Assembly: GCA_040954595.2 (NCBI GenBank)
Contig: CM082596.2
Location: 2,226,999-2,290,998, forward strand
Source: Balanoglossus misakiensis
Lineage: Eukaryota; Animalia; Hemichordata
Direction: 5' to 3'
Length of the DNA: 64,000 nt
The notes under the pieces were generated by a model that ran no database searches, was not told the origin of the DNA, and was given only the letters and a program-made list of their open reading frames with translations. The translations under genes and the position numbers were made by a program. This document shows positions 23,301 through 38,300 of the stretch, one piece after another. Positions within the stretch are counted from its first letter, which is position 1, and each line of letters begins with the position of its first letter.

Positions 23301-26300
23301 ATCAATCATGATTCGGGCCAGAGGCAAAGATAGAGTGGATTATGGGCTGTGAGAGTCTACCAGTGTAAAACACCACTTCTGCATCTGTCTGTTACAACTT
23401 TTTTTCTGAAACTGAGTAAAGTACAAAAAGACCACACAGCAACTCTACTGACCTGTTCTCCCTTTGATCCGGGAACACCTGGATCACCTTGCTCTCCTTT
23501 CAATCCGGTTTCTCCTTGGTTTCCAGGTGGTCCTGCTACACCCGGCAACCCTTCCCTGCCTTCCGGACCTGGTAGGCCTGGATCTCCCTGTTCACCTGGA
23601 AAAAAATCAAATAAACGCTGAAGGGCAGTTTGTGAAAAGCAGTTTGTGGGGAACCCTTGAAGGGTGTTCACTGAATACTGGTGGGAGGGGAGAGAGAAGG
23701 ATATAGGACAAAAGTAATTACGAAGGGGAAGCTAGAACATGGAGAATTAGAATGAAACGGCCAATTTGATGGTCTGCACCTTATTAAATGTGACAGTCAG
23801 ACATTCACCAGTACTTAAGAGCTGTGATTTCTCACTGAGCCATGATAGCAAAGTCTCATGATCAGTGCATGTGTCTATCAGTGGAAATTGTTCCCATATG
23901 TTTGCTACTGTGCATGGGGTTAATTTTATGGGGCAAACATGTACAGCTAGCCTTCAACCCATTTCACCCCAATTCAAAAACCAGGATTTGGCACAATTTC
24001 TTTCTTTATAAAGGCAACATGTAGAGAAAGTGAGGTTTGAAAGAAAATGCTGCCACAGACCACTTTTCAAACAAGACCAGAAGCTGTACTAAGAAAGTAC
24101 AGATGGACTTTGGCTACTTGGCTTATAATGCCACACCAGAACCAGTATTTCTACAAGCTCAGCACCTCCTTAAAAAAAACCTGCATGAAAGCAAAATGTT
24201 TTGAACTGGCAGAGATTTAGCCCTGACAATCACTTGAAGACTGCGGCCCATTACAGCAGTCTGTCTCTGCCTCATTACCTATTGTGTCAACTAATCGCCC
24301 AATTTTCAGTTCAACAAAAGGGCGGTTTCTAACAACGGTCCTTCACCAGATCTCTTCACGGCATACTTGTCACTTAGAACCCTCTGAAGCAATGGGGAAA
24401 TAGTGGGTCAACTAGTGAACATCCTTGAAAGAAATTAGGGTATGTGTGCTACTAAATCTTGTATGCCTCTTCATGTGCTTATGTCCCCCAGTCACTACTG
24501 CACTATGGTCAAAACCCACTGTTTGCAATGGTAATGATGGACCCTTCAACAAGGAGATGGGGGTGAAAGGGTCCGGGGACTTAATGAAAATGTGGCAAGG
24601 TCTGCATGAATGGCTAAGATTCTATTTGTTAGTTTTCCAGGTGAGTTTAATAATGTGGTCCTGTGGTCTTGAAAATAATGGGATGATTGCCTCTAATTTC
24701 AATTACCTTGAAAGGCACTAAACGATCTTTTGAAATTATTTTGTTTGTTATCATTTCTCATGAGATGTTATTCATGTTGGTTAAATTCACTGAATGTGCT
24801 CTGTAATTGGTTGTCAAATTCAATTTCAGATGAATTTTCTAATATCAATATGTGAAAATAGATTCAAACACTAAAAGAAGTTTATATATTATGAGTTGAA
24901 TGTGAGGTATGATGTTCTCTGTCCGAGCAATATCACTTCACCCCAGAAAAACACATAACCAAGAGATCTTAACCACTATGAAAAGAGGGGTGATGCCCTA
25001 CCTTTTTCTCCTTTCTCTGGTGGTATTGCTGTAGGTGATTCACCAGGCTCACCTGTGAGGAAAATAACCCAAGCACATAATTTCAGTATGTTTAATTAGC
25101 ATCTGTTAATTTGATATAAATTATATCTAATTGGTTAAAAAGGAAATTTATCATTTTGGATGAAAGTGAAATGACTACTAAAAATTATCAACACAGCTAT
25201 TCACTGCCGTTCTATGAAACGCTTGGAATTCAAATGTTGTAACCAGATACAAAACACTCTTTGGAGGAAGGGTCAGTCTTTGCCCCCAGGGGCATCTACT
25301 GTCAACCGTCTCCACACATGATGCGTTCACCTCTGTCAAAGCTTCATAAAACTTCCTCACCTGTTTCACCCTTCTCTCCTGGTGCCCCAGACGGCCCTGC
25401 GGATCCGACGTCTCCTTTGTCGCCTTTCTCTCCCGCTTCTCCGGTCTCTCCCGGTGGCCCCGGCTCTCCTGTTTCTCCCTTGTCTCCCTTTTCACCTGGA
25501 ATCTGAAGGGAATCACAGAGTGCCGGGATCAACAAAGCTGCATCAACTTCTCTGACCTTGCCAGGCTCGTGTATTAAGCGCATTCACTGCACAGACTTAT
25601 TGTGGGGTTTCACAGCTGCAATAAATGCTCTCGTCAATGTCTTTTGTGTTGGTACAATTTTGTTTTCAGTAATTTAGATTCCTCTTCTGTGCAAGCAAGA
25701 ATAGGAAGCAACTTCTTACGCCCTATTCACTGGAAAACAGAGAATTTTTCTAATTCAAATGCCAGAAATTTTTTGACAACCCCCCTCCCCTCCATGGTAT
25801 TTGACAAACTTTTTATACTTTTGGCTGAGAATAAGTAATTACCAGTTTTAAAAAAAATGTGTCAATGTCTTGTGCTTCAATTTAGGCCAGTGCATTTTTT
25901 TGACTCCAGATTATGGCTGCAATTGATATTTTCCATTCACCCTGATGGCATGACCATATGAACTGTTAAAAGATTAGGACGTCATTCCGACAGCTTCGAA
26001 TCACTCCAGTTTGGTTTTCAAGAATGTGCAATAAACAGACGAGGGCTCTGGGGGAATGAATCCTGAACTTTGATGTCAAAGTGGTAGCTGAGCTACTTGT
26101 AATGATGATAATCTGCAGTGAGCTTTTCCTCTGACTTTCTTTAAAAGTGGTAAAGAAAAATCTAACGGTAAAACTTTTAGTGAGCTCTATAGTCCAGATA
26201 ATGCATGATAAAAATTGGAAAAGTTTGTGTAAAGCCTGTACAAGTTCTTTAAGCTAGCCCTGGGCTAGACCACCATAAACGAAAACGTAAACATTTGGCC

Positions 26301-29300
26301 AATATCAGCGTTTGCCGAGGGAACCTGCCTTCCAAGTGATCTAAAAGAAGAAGTGACTTCACTTCAAAGAACGTAAGAAAGTGTGACATACCGGCCTGAT
26401 TTCAACCATCTCCGTCGGATCGATATCGTCTCCGCTCCCCGAGACCTGCTGAGAAGAAACACATGTTGTTAAAAGCATCCCAGCGAGGAAAACCACTTCA
26501 GCTGCAAGCCAGGCCATGGCTGACTACAGACTGGTTGTGGGGCTGTACTGGACAATCACACACTTCTACTGATCTTTATAACATCATGCACTGCCAAAGA
26601 CATGCTTTTACAATGGCTTAGCAATACCGCCGACCCCCTCTAGGGATGCCTTCCAAATTTTACAAGTCAGTGGGGACCCCTTACAACATTACTCTTCAAT
26701 GTTACAATCTAAACTTATTTTTATAAAATCCATCCAAATGTGCTGGATTTTCATTATAAACATTTATTTTTATGTTTGTACTATCTAGCAGACTAATTTT
26801 AACTGCAAATCAACTTTTTCAATGTTTCTGGCAATGTATCTAAGCTGATATGTGCCCAAACTCGCACAAGTCCCAGAATGCTCTCCATAAGGTCTCATAA
26901 CTTTTTCCATAAAACTCGCAAATGGAAAGCGCATGCACATCCTTATATATATTGTACATGCATTCATTCAGAAAAAGGTTTCCTTTGAACCAAAACCAAT
27001 CACCAAAGGGAGAGTTTGTTCCACCCAATTTTATCTAAACCACATCATGCAATAAGCAATGAGTCAAATAAATGAATTTTTGCCAGCAAATAAATCCCCA
27101 AACTCCAAAGTTAAGTCCTAAACTTGGGACTATTTTTGTGCCTGGAAAAAAAGTGTCTCTGATATGACTTGCTCAATGAAAATCTGTGTCAAACTTTACG
27201 CCTGTCCCTTACGACAAAGGATTTAACATTATTGTGGCCTGACTACGTTTACAGCTTTGTTAGACCAGTTTTATTCCCTGTGGCTCAATGAATCTAACAG
27301 TACTAAAACAAGATTATGTTTTTCTCTTTGAGCTCTGCCAAGCTTTGAATTCCACGCTTTTTATAGAATTACACAGCTGAAGTTCTTCAAGCAAGTATAA
27401 TGGACGTCTATTCATTTGAACTTTTCAAGTAAGGTCACAGCAGGACATGAAACACGCCCCAAAGTGACATTGACGAGTCTGACATAGATATCCACGGCCG
27501 TTCGCAAGTTCAATGCCAAGCTAATATGTGTGTCACTGAAAACCCAAAAATGTTCTTGAACTCAGGATCGAAAAAACTCCCATACCAGAACATGCTACTA
27601 TAAATATTTACTACAGAAAGAGTTCGAACCACTGCAGGCTGTCAGCAGCAATGCTGAATATTATCTCAAAGGGACAAAGCCACTGTCTGTTGACATTATT
27701 TTACCTAAAAACTACATGGTAAAAGTATAAGAGAATTCTGATCGCTGATGGAGTTAGTTCTTTCAGGACCACACAATGTGCACACAATTAAACACACTCT
27801 CTTGGAAAAAATAATCCAAGTTTGATCAACTGGAAAAACTTTTAAGTATCTGTAGTAGTTCAGTACACAGAAGGATGACTTTTCTTAGGACAGAAAACCA
27901 AATGTTTAATAACGCCCCTGGATGGTTTGTGCAGTTTACTTTTACGCGAGTGACTGAATATGCATGCATTTTTGTGAACATATATAAAGTCAGAAATCTC
28001 TACTTCCAATTTCTTGTCACTGTGAAGACAGAGCTTCTCAGACAAGAAATTGGAAGAGGAGATTCTTAAATACATATAACACAGAGGAAGACATTTAACA
28101 TACATCAAAAGTGTAAATGTACGAAATCACAGACACCGACTGAAAATGTTTTGAGGATGTGTTGTTTTTTTATTATCTGAAATTACCCTTTGTGTTGTGA
28201 ATGCTGGCAGTGTGGCTTTGATGGGAAATTTGGCGGTTGTTGGAATGATTTCTGGGGCTGGTTCCTCGTCGTCACCTGATCCCGATGCGTAATCACCTGA
28301 TGACTGCAGAAAGCAGTAGATGGAAGTGAAAGGTGAGAGGTGAAAAGTTAGTGCATTAAAGGTCAGTGGGTGACCTTTGAACTCCAGTCTATAGGAGAAG
28401 CAGACGCAGAACATAAATCAAAGCAGCATAAAATATAAAACGAAATAACAAAAATAAAATTTAAGCGCAAGAAACACATCCAGCTGGACAAGTCGGGTGT
28501 GGATATGAATGATGTGAGGAAATTCAAAATTGTACAATATCATTCTAATAAATTATTATATTCTACTTGGACAAAGTAATTAAGCAAACTGAAAGGTTCA
28601 TCAAATATTCAAATAAACAACATCATCAAAATTATGGTGTTATTGAAACATCACAATGCAATATACCAAAATGCATTACACTCTAAAAGACTGAGGAATT
28701 TCTAATCAGGATTTAAAGATGAAAATAAAATAAAGATGAGAATGTTCATGAGCGTTGCATGAAACATGAGAAAATGTCCTCCATGGGCTGACGGATGCTT
28801 GTCTTCCAACTTCTTGTATCTCTCCAATGCTTTACATCTGACTTCAGTCAGAAAATTGGTGTGTTTAATTGTCACTCATGTCATCAGCAAACCGATGATC
28901 AAAGTTATAAAAACCACTTCAAACAATTGGAACTCAAACTGGGTGCAAAAGCATGGAGCCTAAAAGTCAGAGGTACGCTACCATGACCTATATGTGTATA
29001 CATATCTACCCAAAGCTAATTGTATCCACTGACCCATATGATAAATACAGTCAAAAGTGACATGTCTCTTCCAAAGTCCTATGCTGCCGATGAGGGCGCA
29101 TAGCAAAGAAGAAGCAAGTCTTTGGTTGGGCCTTCCCTCTGACTCAAAGTTGAAAATCAAACAAACACGTTTTAGACAGACACACAGCAGAATCATGCAG
29201 AGCTCAGATTATATTCGTGTCTTACCTCCTCTTCATCATTCTGAGTTCGAACCTCACAGAAAAACTGGGCATCGTCTGGGTCTGAAGAGATCTTCAACTC

Positions 29301-32300
29301 TTGCATGCCACCCTGCAAAATTCAAAGGAAATGTTAATCATTAAAATGTTTAGTTTTGATATTACATGTACCAGGGGGTACATGTACATCAAAGCTAGTC
29401 CAGCTTCTTACTTTAGGATTTGCAAGGAGTGATATGATCCAGGTCATTCAAAACTTCAGCTCTTTCTAGAGCTTTTCCAGTGATACTTATAGCAATATCA
29501 GGGAGGTGTCAAAGTACGAAAATAATTGTACTTACGACATATTTAGTAGGATAATGTGCTCCTGCACCAGCACTGCCCAACCTGATTGCGTCCAAACTAT
29601 TGAATTGTAGTGAACTGTATTTTCGTTCAAACTTGGCGGTGCCGAACGGTTTATCATCACACTCTAAGTACAACGCAACTGTGTTGTCCTCCACACTGAT
29701 GGAAAACCTGATCCACTCTTTGTAGAAACTCGGCACAATGAAGGATGCCACCTCTTGGCTAGGAGTCTCTGGCGTGTCCGTGTAAAGCAGCGAGATTTTC
29801 ATTCGCGAGTTCCCCGCGTCCGAGATGTTTACGCCCAGGTACACAATCGTCTGGAATTGGTCGGTCACTGCGAAGAGCGGTCCGCCTTCCTCGGTGCCCG
29901 GTCTGACGGTGGTTAAAATGGCAAAATCGCGGTAGAAAATCTCTGGCAAATGGTCCACAGCTAGTCTCCCGATATTGGCATCTTGGCTAAAATGGAAACC
30001 AGGGAAGTCTCCAAGTCCTTTGGTAAAAGTGATTTCTTCTGGCAAGGGAAATCCTATGACATCAAGGAGGTTAATGTAGTCAGCAGCATCTGTCATCAAA
30101 AAAGAAAACGAAGATGCTGATTAGATATACATAAAGAACGACGTTTCCAATTGGGTTAGCTCTAGGCTAACCTAATGTTAGCTGGGTTAGCAACTCTGGC
30201 ACCTCATTATCACATGTCATTTCCATACGTAAACACTAGCATAGGCTACATAAAGGCTACTTAAAATTTATACAGTAAACCTGTCTAAACCGAACACCTG
30301 TTTAGCACCTTCTGCTATGAAGGAGTGATGATTATTGCATTGGATGTGTTTACTTGCAATAGGCTTATCTGGAAACGAAACCACCAAATAGACTTAACCC
30401 TCACGGTAGCTACATGGTGAGAGGCGATTACAAGTGTCCAATGTCAGAATGACCTCCTCCCCTTCTGCCACGGACAAAGGGTCAATGGAGGTCATACTGC
30501 CCACTGTCCACACTCTTACATTGCCTCCCATGAAGACATTCAATACGAGATCTTTTACTGCTCAATTAGCACCCCAAGAGTTTCCAATATGGTTCTGTTC
30601 TGTCACCCCCCTTGCCGTCAATATTCACTTTGGGTGCAGATGCACGGAAGGCTGCTTTCCTATACAGTCGCCTTGGCAACACATTCACAGGAAGCTAAAC
30701 AGACGGAAGTGGGCAATTATTTTACACTGTTTGCTTGGGTGGTTTTGAAGTGTCGACAGAGAAACCACATGCGGTGCAGAGACAGGTCTGGGGATACTTT
30801 TCAAGGTGCCTTAGCATGAAAGGAGTCAAAGACCACTTGCAAGAAGAGGACCCTGAATTTTAAGTGCTGTGAACGGCAAAAGGATCCCCTACTTTCACAA
30901 ACGCATGCACATGTATGTAGGACTCCAGGAGTGTTATGACCAGATTTAATTTGCACGTTTGATGGTGATGATTTTGTGAAGTGTTTTTGACGGTAGTCCT
31001 AAGCTGCCTCCTTAGCCCACTGGCTCCACACAGACACTTTTGGTCACTAACACTTTCAAATTTACTACCAGTAGTCTAGTATCCAGCAGTTTTCCACTTT
31101 GCTTCTGTTAGTTTAGGACGTCTGGAGAATGTTTCCAGACTTAACTTTATGAAGGTGCCAGATAGTATCTTTATTTGAAAAAGAACCATTCTGATTCTTC
31201 GCTAACAGCACTGAAAATCTTAAACAACTCAGGAGGTTAATGGGCGTGTGGAGCAATTGGGTAGCTGAGAGGTAAAAATAGCACCAATTATTTATTTCAT
31301 TGCAAATACTATGGAGCTTATATTTAGACTACGGAAATAACTTCAGACTACATGCTTGCTTTGGTAATTACTTTTCAGTCGTTGGTCGGCGTTGATTAGT
31401 CAGACTATGCCAGAAAATAAACGATGGCAGTTTCATTAAGTGGGTATGGGGAATGGCCGCAGGCCATGATTGCAGTTTTGCACCCACATCCAATAACTGA
31501 ATTCCAAGAAATTGCATGCGACGCGTTGCGAGTCGTGATTCATACAAGGGCGCCCTCTAGACTCCAAACTTTCTTTCTGTGGGTCTGTCCTCTGATACTT
31601 CCCATAATAGATTCAAGCTCACAATAATAAACAAATTCTAATTGTCAACATGTGAGTGCCTTATGTTCAGACTGATAGATTCCTACATTTGACCTAATTC
31701 ATGCTGACCATAATCAGACACACCTTAGAACCCTGACATTATCCAAAAACTTCGACAACTTGGTGAAACACCATCCATGATTTCGTTCCCAATGTCAGTC
31801 ATTCCTAGGTTTCCTTACAAGTGGAAAAAAGAAGATAGTGATACATTCCTATGGCAGAATGAATGAGTGATGACTATACACCCACATCGACCATGTGTTT
31901 AAACTTATCAGTAAGCTTTAGTGAGTTCTCTACACAAAATTCAAAGGTCGGGTATTTGGGTCACATCTGTGGACTATTTGAAGACATGGAAGGCAACAAT
32001 TGGATATGTGGACACGGAAATTTGACGGAAGGGGGAGGGGGCTAAAGAGATATGGAATAAGTATCTCGTGTCGAAAGAAATTGTAAAATGTTGGGATTGG
32101 AAAAAAGAATTTCCATGATACAGTTTTCATTTACAAAGAGGCCAAAAAGGCCACTTGGTAAGTCTCTTAATAGAAATGTTTGCAGGAAATCACAAACATT
32201 TTTACCATTTATTTTAAGAGTACCAAGACAACTTGACAGGAAGGAGTTAGGTGTTGCATCGAGGCGGTCTAGTGACTCCAGTCTAAATTATCCACTGGAA

Positions 32301-35300
32301 ACATTCTCTGCAAAAATACTACAATTTTCATGTAAACCCAACACCTTGTAGGAAATATGGCAATGAAAGAATTTCTGCAAATGTTGGGTAACAATTTCCT
32401 TTTTAATTTCCTGCAGAAGGAAAGGGAACTACCTGGTTGCCAAAACTGAAAAGCAAATACCAATCATAGACAGTATGAACTGTCTATGCTAGAATCTAGG
32501 GCAGTTCCCTAGAAAGCTGTATAATGCCCTGGAGTGAAACAAAATCGAAGTCACCACACACACTGTCACCATCTTGTCATCGACCAATTACAATTAAGCA
32601 CCAAGTCAACCAGAATGTCTCCACCAAATGTGTCGCCAGCAAACGAGATACACATGAGCAAAGTGATTTTGACCGAGAACTGATGACAGACGATGTAGCG
32701 GCGGCAGACTACTTTGTGTGTTTTATTGTCAGACACTCGTTCCAGTCAGTTTGCCAAGATCTAGTTAGACATGTGGACATGCATGCCTAGTCAACCAATG
32801 GACAGTGTGGTGTGGATCTTGGGCGTTTAACTTGCGCGACTCAACAGACCATGGCCACGTACCCTCCTGTGATCAATTTACGGTGTCCAACTTTCTTTTC
32901 AAGGTGGTGACAAGTCAACCATGCAGGGTGTGTGCATTGTGTAGAACTGTCTGTAACATGGTGTTGGACCTTGTAACATGTACAGTAGACCACTTGGCTA
33001 GCCATGCAGAGAATGCAAGCACTTCCAAACCATCTATATCCCAGGTTTGACAATCAAACATAAACAGCCAGGTCATTCGGTTGGTGGCAATGAATTCTGG
33101 GCCTATGCTTTAGAATCTATGCAAGATTTTCTTTGCTCTGAAATGACAGCACCTATGCACCTGTTCGTGCCCAGGCAATTAATCATCCATCTCCAAAAAA
33201 CACGTATCTCTTCATCATGTCAACAAGATAAGATACAAATCATACAGCAATTTATTTTCAAATGCACATGTTTAACAGGACAATGTAAACTGAATTATCA
33301 CTGAGTCAAATCATAAATAATTTTGCAAAGTATACAGAGGCCAATTTGCCTGACAAGAATAACAGTACACTGTGTAATTAAGAATTAATTTGGTGTCTTG
33401 TCTTGTCATATGCGGCCCCGCAACCAAATAGTTGCTCTGTCTTGTCCTCTCTCTTCAGATGTGAGGAAAGAACTGATTAAAACATGGATTGTGAGTCTTA
33501 CAACTAGCCATGCATGCATTTGAGTACTCTCAAACAGTTGGCACAGTTCTGTTTTCCGGTGTACTACAAATGTTAAAGACATTTTCAACACTGTGAAGAG
33601 CACCAGATTCTGTGTCAATATTTAGCTGTTCCAAAGTGACCCTTTTGCGGAATGGCCAAATGGCTAGATGCCAGGGACTGACTTGATCGTTTTGTCTGCC
33701 GGGCAAACAATCCATTTGACCTACTCCAAGAGACTGAAGCTTGAAATAACATTTGTTGTTGCTGTTCATGCTGGTCAGTGGTTTTGTCATAGCCTGGGAG
33801 AAAAAACACAACATGTGTGAGAAGCTAAGCTACCATTAAATATCTCAAATAGCACAAGCTTGGAATCAGCACTGATGATGGCAGAATTGCAGAATTTTTA
33901 AGCATGTCATCTTGTGCTTAAAATAACTTTCATAAGTGGTTCGTGGATGTATTTTGCACTTTATGGGCTATTTGATATCACCTCAATGCCAATGGAGACA
34001 CCTGCCCTATCCATCAATATATCATATGTGACTGAACCTTCTGTGCTCTTACAGACATTGGGGAACGTGGCCTGTCTCCTGAAAGTCTGAGTCCTGATCT
34101 GTGAGAACGTGTAGCCAGGCTCATATAGCAGAAATTCATAAAGGGCCGTTCTGTTCTGCAGCAAGCAAGCCAGCCATAAAAACATTACTCAATTTAGACC
34201 TCTACCTGGGACAGCGCCGCTGTAACAGAATGAGTCGATGTGATATCACATTGCGGGTGCCAATAAATAGGCATCCTGTACCCGATTGCATGGCATGACC
34301 GTCTAAATATTCCCGGGTCAGAAGTTCTGAACTGTGGGGGTTGCTCTGGTCCGTTTCAGGACTAATGAGTTTCTACCACACAAACCGCGCCACTGAACTT
34401 TCATAATTGCCATCTATATGCAGGCATGACTTTAGGTAGCTGGTGAAAATACAGAACAGCTAGAGTTCCCTGGCTCTCTATGGTGAGAGTGTCCAGCTAA
34501 TGGTTGTGTCACATCCAAATTGGCCATACAGCGGTTTTTGGCTAGCGCAGCCATGCCTAGCAGGACACTCTCACCATACTCAGGGCTACAAGCTCTTTTC
34601 CAATTTGTCAACCCCTGGCACAGGACTAACGTGCAGCATGGACTACCATTACTGTGTCTAAGAAGTGCTAATCCCACTGAATATAACTGTCAAAGCCATT
34701 GTTCTTGCTCTTTTATTCCACTGAAAAGGTACACAGTATATTCACAAAATTTGGACTCTTTTACATTGTTAATGGTCAGGGGTGTGGTTTTGCACACAAG
34801 GTGCCAGCCTAAGGTCAAAGAAGGTGTTGGTCCTGTGTCAAATGTCAAGAGGCCACCACCAAACAACACTGAAATGGTAATACAGTCAAGCCTGTCTATA
34901 GTGACTGGTCAAGGGACTTTCCTAAACTGGCATTTATAGACAGGGGGTCTTTGCAGGGACTGTAACAAATTGGCCACTATATAGAGGTGGTCACCAACAC
35001 AGCTACAACAATCATTGTAAGCAGTTTGGGCAGTGGTGTTTGGATGATGCAAAGGGGACGAGGTGTTTTAATCTACTGCTGCACCTCATTAAGGGGTAAT
35101 TAATTGCACCTTCCTCAAGTAGGTGTTTCGGTTTTCAAAAGGCTAAAAAAACACCAAACTGTGGTCACTTCAACAGTAGCAGTTGGCTCATCACTACTTT
35201 CATCATCTCCTGCTGGGGGACGGGTGAAAGGTTGTGAACTCGCCCTTCTGGAAACATTTATCCTCAAAAACTATGTGAAAATTTCGGTCATCTAAACAAT

Positions 35301-38300
35301 GAGGTTGAGAAGGAAGGTATAGTCCAAAACGTTCAATAGTCGCCAAAAAGAGCAGAACTCCAATCCCAGCCAATTCCTAAGATTCTCCTAATTCCCGAGA
35401 TACATACGTCAGCCCAAACCAAGTGAACTTGATATTCTTATAGGTATGCAAGAGGCAATTATTTTATTTGTGTCTGGGGTGAAGGCAGGTTGTATGAATT
35501 CTTTAGCACCTTCAGATGTTTACAGGAAACCTTTCCCATGAAACCTAACATTTACACTGACCAAATACAACATGAAACACAATATGGAATAAGCCACATG
35601 TGTCTGGACTGAACACGGAATGTCTAGACTAATCTGAACTGAACAAGACCTTACATTGATTTTACCTGTGTTTTTCTCCGATGAAGTATTTCCATTATAA
35701 TGAGGTACAGAGCGACATATTTCCTTTTATATTCAATTAGTCTAATTTTTAAAGATCAACTTTCTTAATGGATTATGGATTGATGGAATGTATGGATGGT
35801 TGGTTGGTTGGTTGGTTGGATGGGTGAGTGAGTGGGATTCTTTGAGAGCCTCATCCTCTCGTTTCATCTTTGCTCTATTGTAAGGTAAGCAGAAACCCAA
35901 AAATTCCATACAGTGGGGTTTCAATTATAAATATGTGATGTCCAATTATCTTCCATTGGATAAGGCACAGACCAGGGAACAATCTCACGTAGGCCAAACC
36001 AGGAATGTTAACTGAATTCCAGTGCCCAGGAGGAACATGTGCCTATGTTAGTTACCAAACTATGGTGAGTTGTACAGGGGTCACATGCCTTTTACTGTGC
36101 ACTGGACGAGAGTAGAATATGATGGCTAGCTGTCAGCTAGCATCACTATGAACAAATATTATCACGCAATATTAAAATAGTTCTGAGTAAAATTTTATTT
36201 GCAAAAATAACAATGCCGAGTACAGGCTGTAGCAATGGGTAAATTTCATTGCACTTTATGGAATCGCCCAAGAAATAAAACAAAATATTAGTCTCGTCTT
36301 TGAAGGGCTTCCCCAGGAGGGCTTCATGTAAGATTTATATCATTTGAATTATGGGACTGTTGGTTTCTCGCCCTGGTGACCTTTGGTAGAAATGAATGCT
36401 ACCCAAGATTCCACAGTTCAGTTTTGGGGTCGAGAAACTTCCATAATTCACACTGCACAATCTGTGTGAAGCCCTTCAAATGCAAGTTTACATAGTGCCC
36501 GGTTATAGAAAATGTCACATGACGTACATGCATGTTTCCCGGAATGACAAAACCAGTCACATCATGTTCAATGCTTCAAAGGGCCAGACATGTAAAGGAC
36601 ATACATCAGAAAGAGGAAACAGCATAATACATGTCTCCACCCACAGTCTATGCCCTTTCCTTGTGATGAGTGGGCGATAACATATCAAATCCATCTACCA
36701 GTGTTTCACTTGTTTTACCTTCCTGACAACTAAGGTGGCCAATTATTGAATTTGTGTGTTCACGCTTTACTTAATTGGTCTGCCTTGCAATGCTGACCAT
36801 GGAATCAACTAACAAACTCCAACAAGGGCAAAAACAGAAAGACCAATTAGTCTATTCCATTCAATGTCCACTGCACCCTCTTATGCTTTAGGGCACAGAA
36901 TACCAGGATGCACTGTGTATTTGTAAAGAAAGTTACTTTATTGGCCACAAAACGTGACAAAGGAACATGTGGTATAGGGTTCACTCGATTATCATGTGTA
37001 CCATGGTCAGGAAATATTCTTACAAAGTTCAATGTGACCTGGACACGTCATCCTCCCACCCCAGATCATAGCTTCATACAGCAACTGACGCCTTCAAGAT
37101 TACGAGGTGTTTACATGGTAAAGATGTCTCTTGTATGCTAACTAAATTTGCTTAAAATACTTTGAGCAAATATCTTCCACAGTTAATTTCCTTCAGTCAA
37201 TATTTTTAAATCGGTCATGCATACACCAAATACCTCTCCATCAGTCAACAGAACCTGGGGATCTCTTAAAGTAAGGATGAATGACCTGATAGTGATTATC
37301 AATGAATAGAATGGTATCACATTGCCACACAGGTAGATAGTAGTCCACTAAACAGCACTGCTGACAATGATAGCGAGAGGTCAGAGTTCAAGAAGGTGTT
37401 TTGTTTGTGTTTGCTGGGGGGCTAGTGGGTACAGATAAGTAGAAAACACACTGATTGATGAATCAATCGCTTTCATTTCTTGACTTCTAGATCCTTGACT
37501 GGAACTTTCCGTATCATGAGGGTTATCTTGAAGAGGGACATGCTAACTGCTGGTTGGCGTGGCAATCACATCCACTTCATAGCTGCAGCTATTAGTATTA
37601 TCTTCGCCCACATGCCAATGAACTCTACTGCAGCCATCCAATGTTATCTGAAGTACATATAGCTGATAACATTTATAATCAGGGGGCTGATAATCATGGT
37701 TGGTAATACTATTGTCAGGGACTATCAGCTTACTCAACAGTTACCTTAGCAACACCTCAGCCAACCACCACATGCCAATGGCAGTGAGTCACACAACTTG
37801 ATTTCTTAACTGCCTTTGATTATTATATGTATGTGTATACAGTATGTTGTCATAAGGCTTACAATAAATTGTGTCAATTATATAACTGTGGTTCAACATA
37901 CACTACCTTGTCTATGACCCTTCCTGTTATTAATAGATAAACTCCATAATCACAATCTGGTGAATGATTTCAATCACCAAAGTCCTGGATTTTCTAACCT
38001 ACATTATGTTTTGTCCTTTTACATTTTAATCAAGCCATAAAATCTAAAAGAAGACAAAGAAGAAATCCCACAATAGTAAAGGTGGTCTCCTAGACAGTGG
38101 TTTTGACCACTTCCACTGCCTATTATGTCCATATGTGGCCAATAACAAACTAGTCTAGTATCTAGCCACGTGTTGTCCGTGTTGCTTCCAAAGCAAAGTG
38201 GACAAAACACGACTAAGATACTAAATGTTGTCATTACATGTACATACCACAAATATCACATGTTAAATTGCCATCTTGTTTGTTTCTTCATTACTGAGCA

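Noticed and set aside
13144-25506. Plus-strand Pro/Gly-rich ORFs (e.g. 13144-13335, 13820-14107, 21561-21806, 25261-25506)
   Set aside because: Antisense shadows of the Gly-X-Y exons (GGN/CCN complementarity), not genes.
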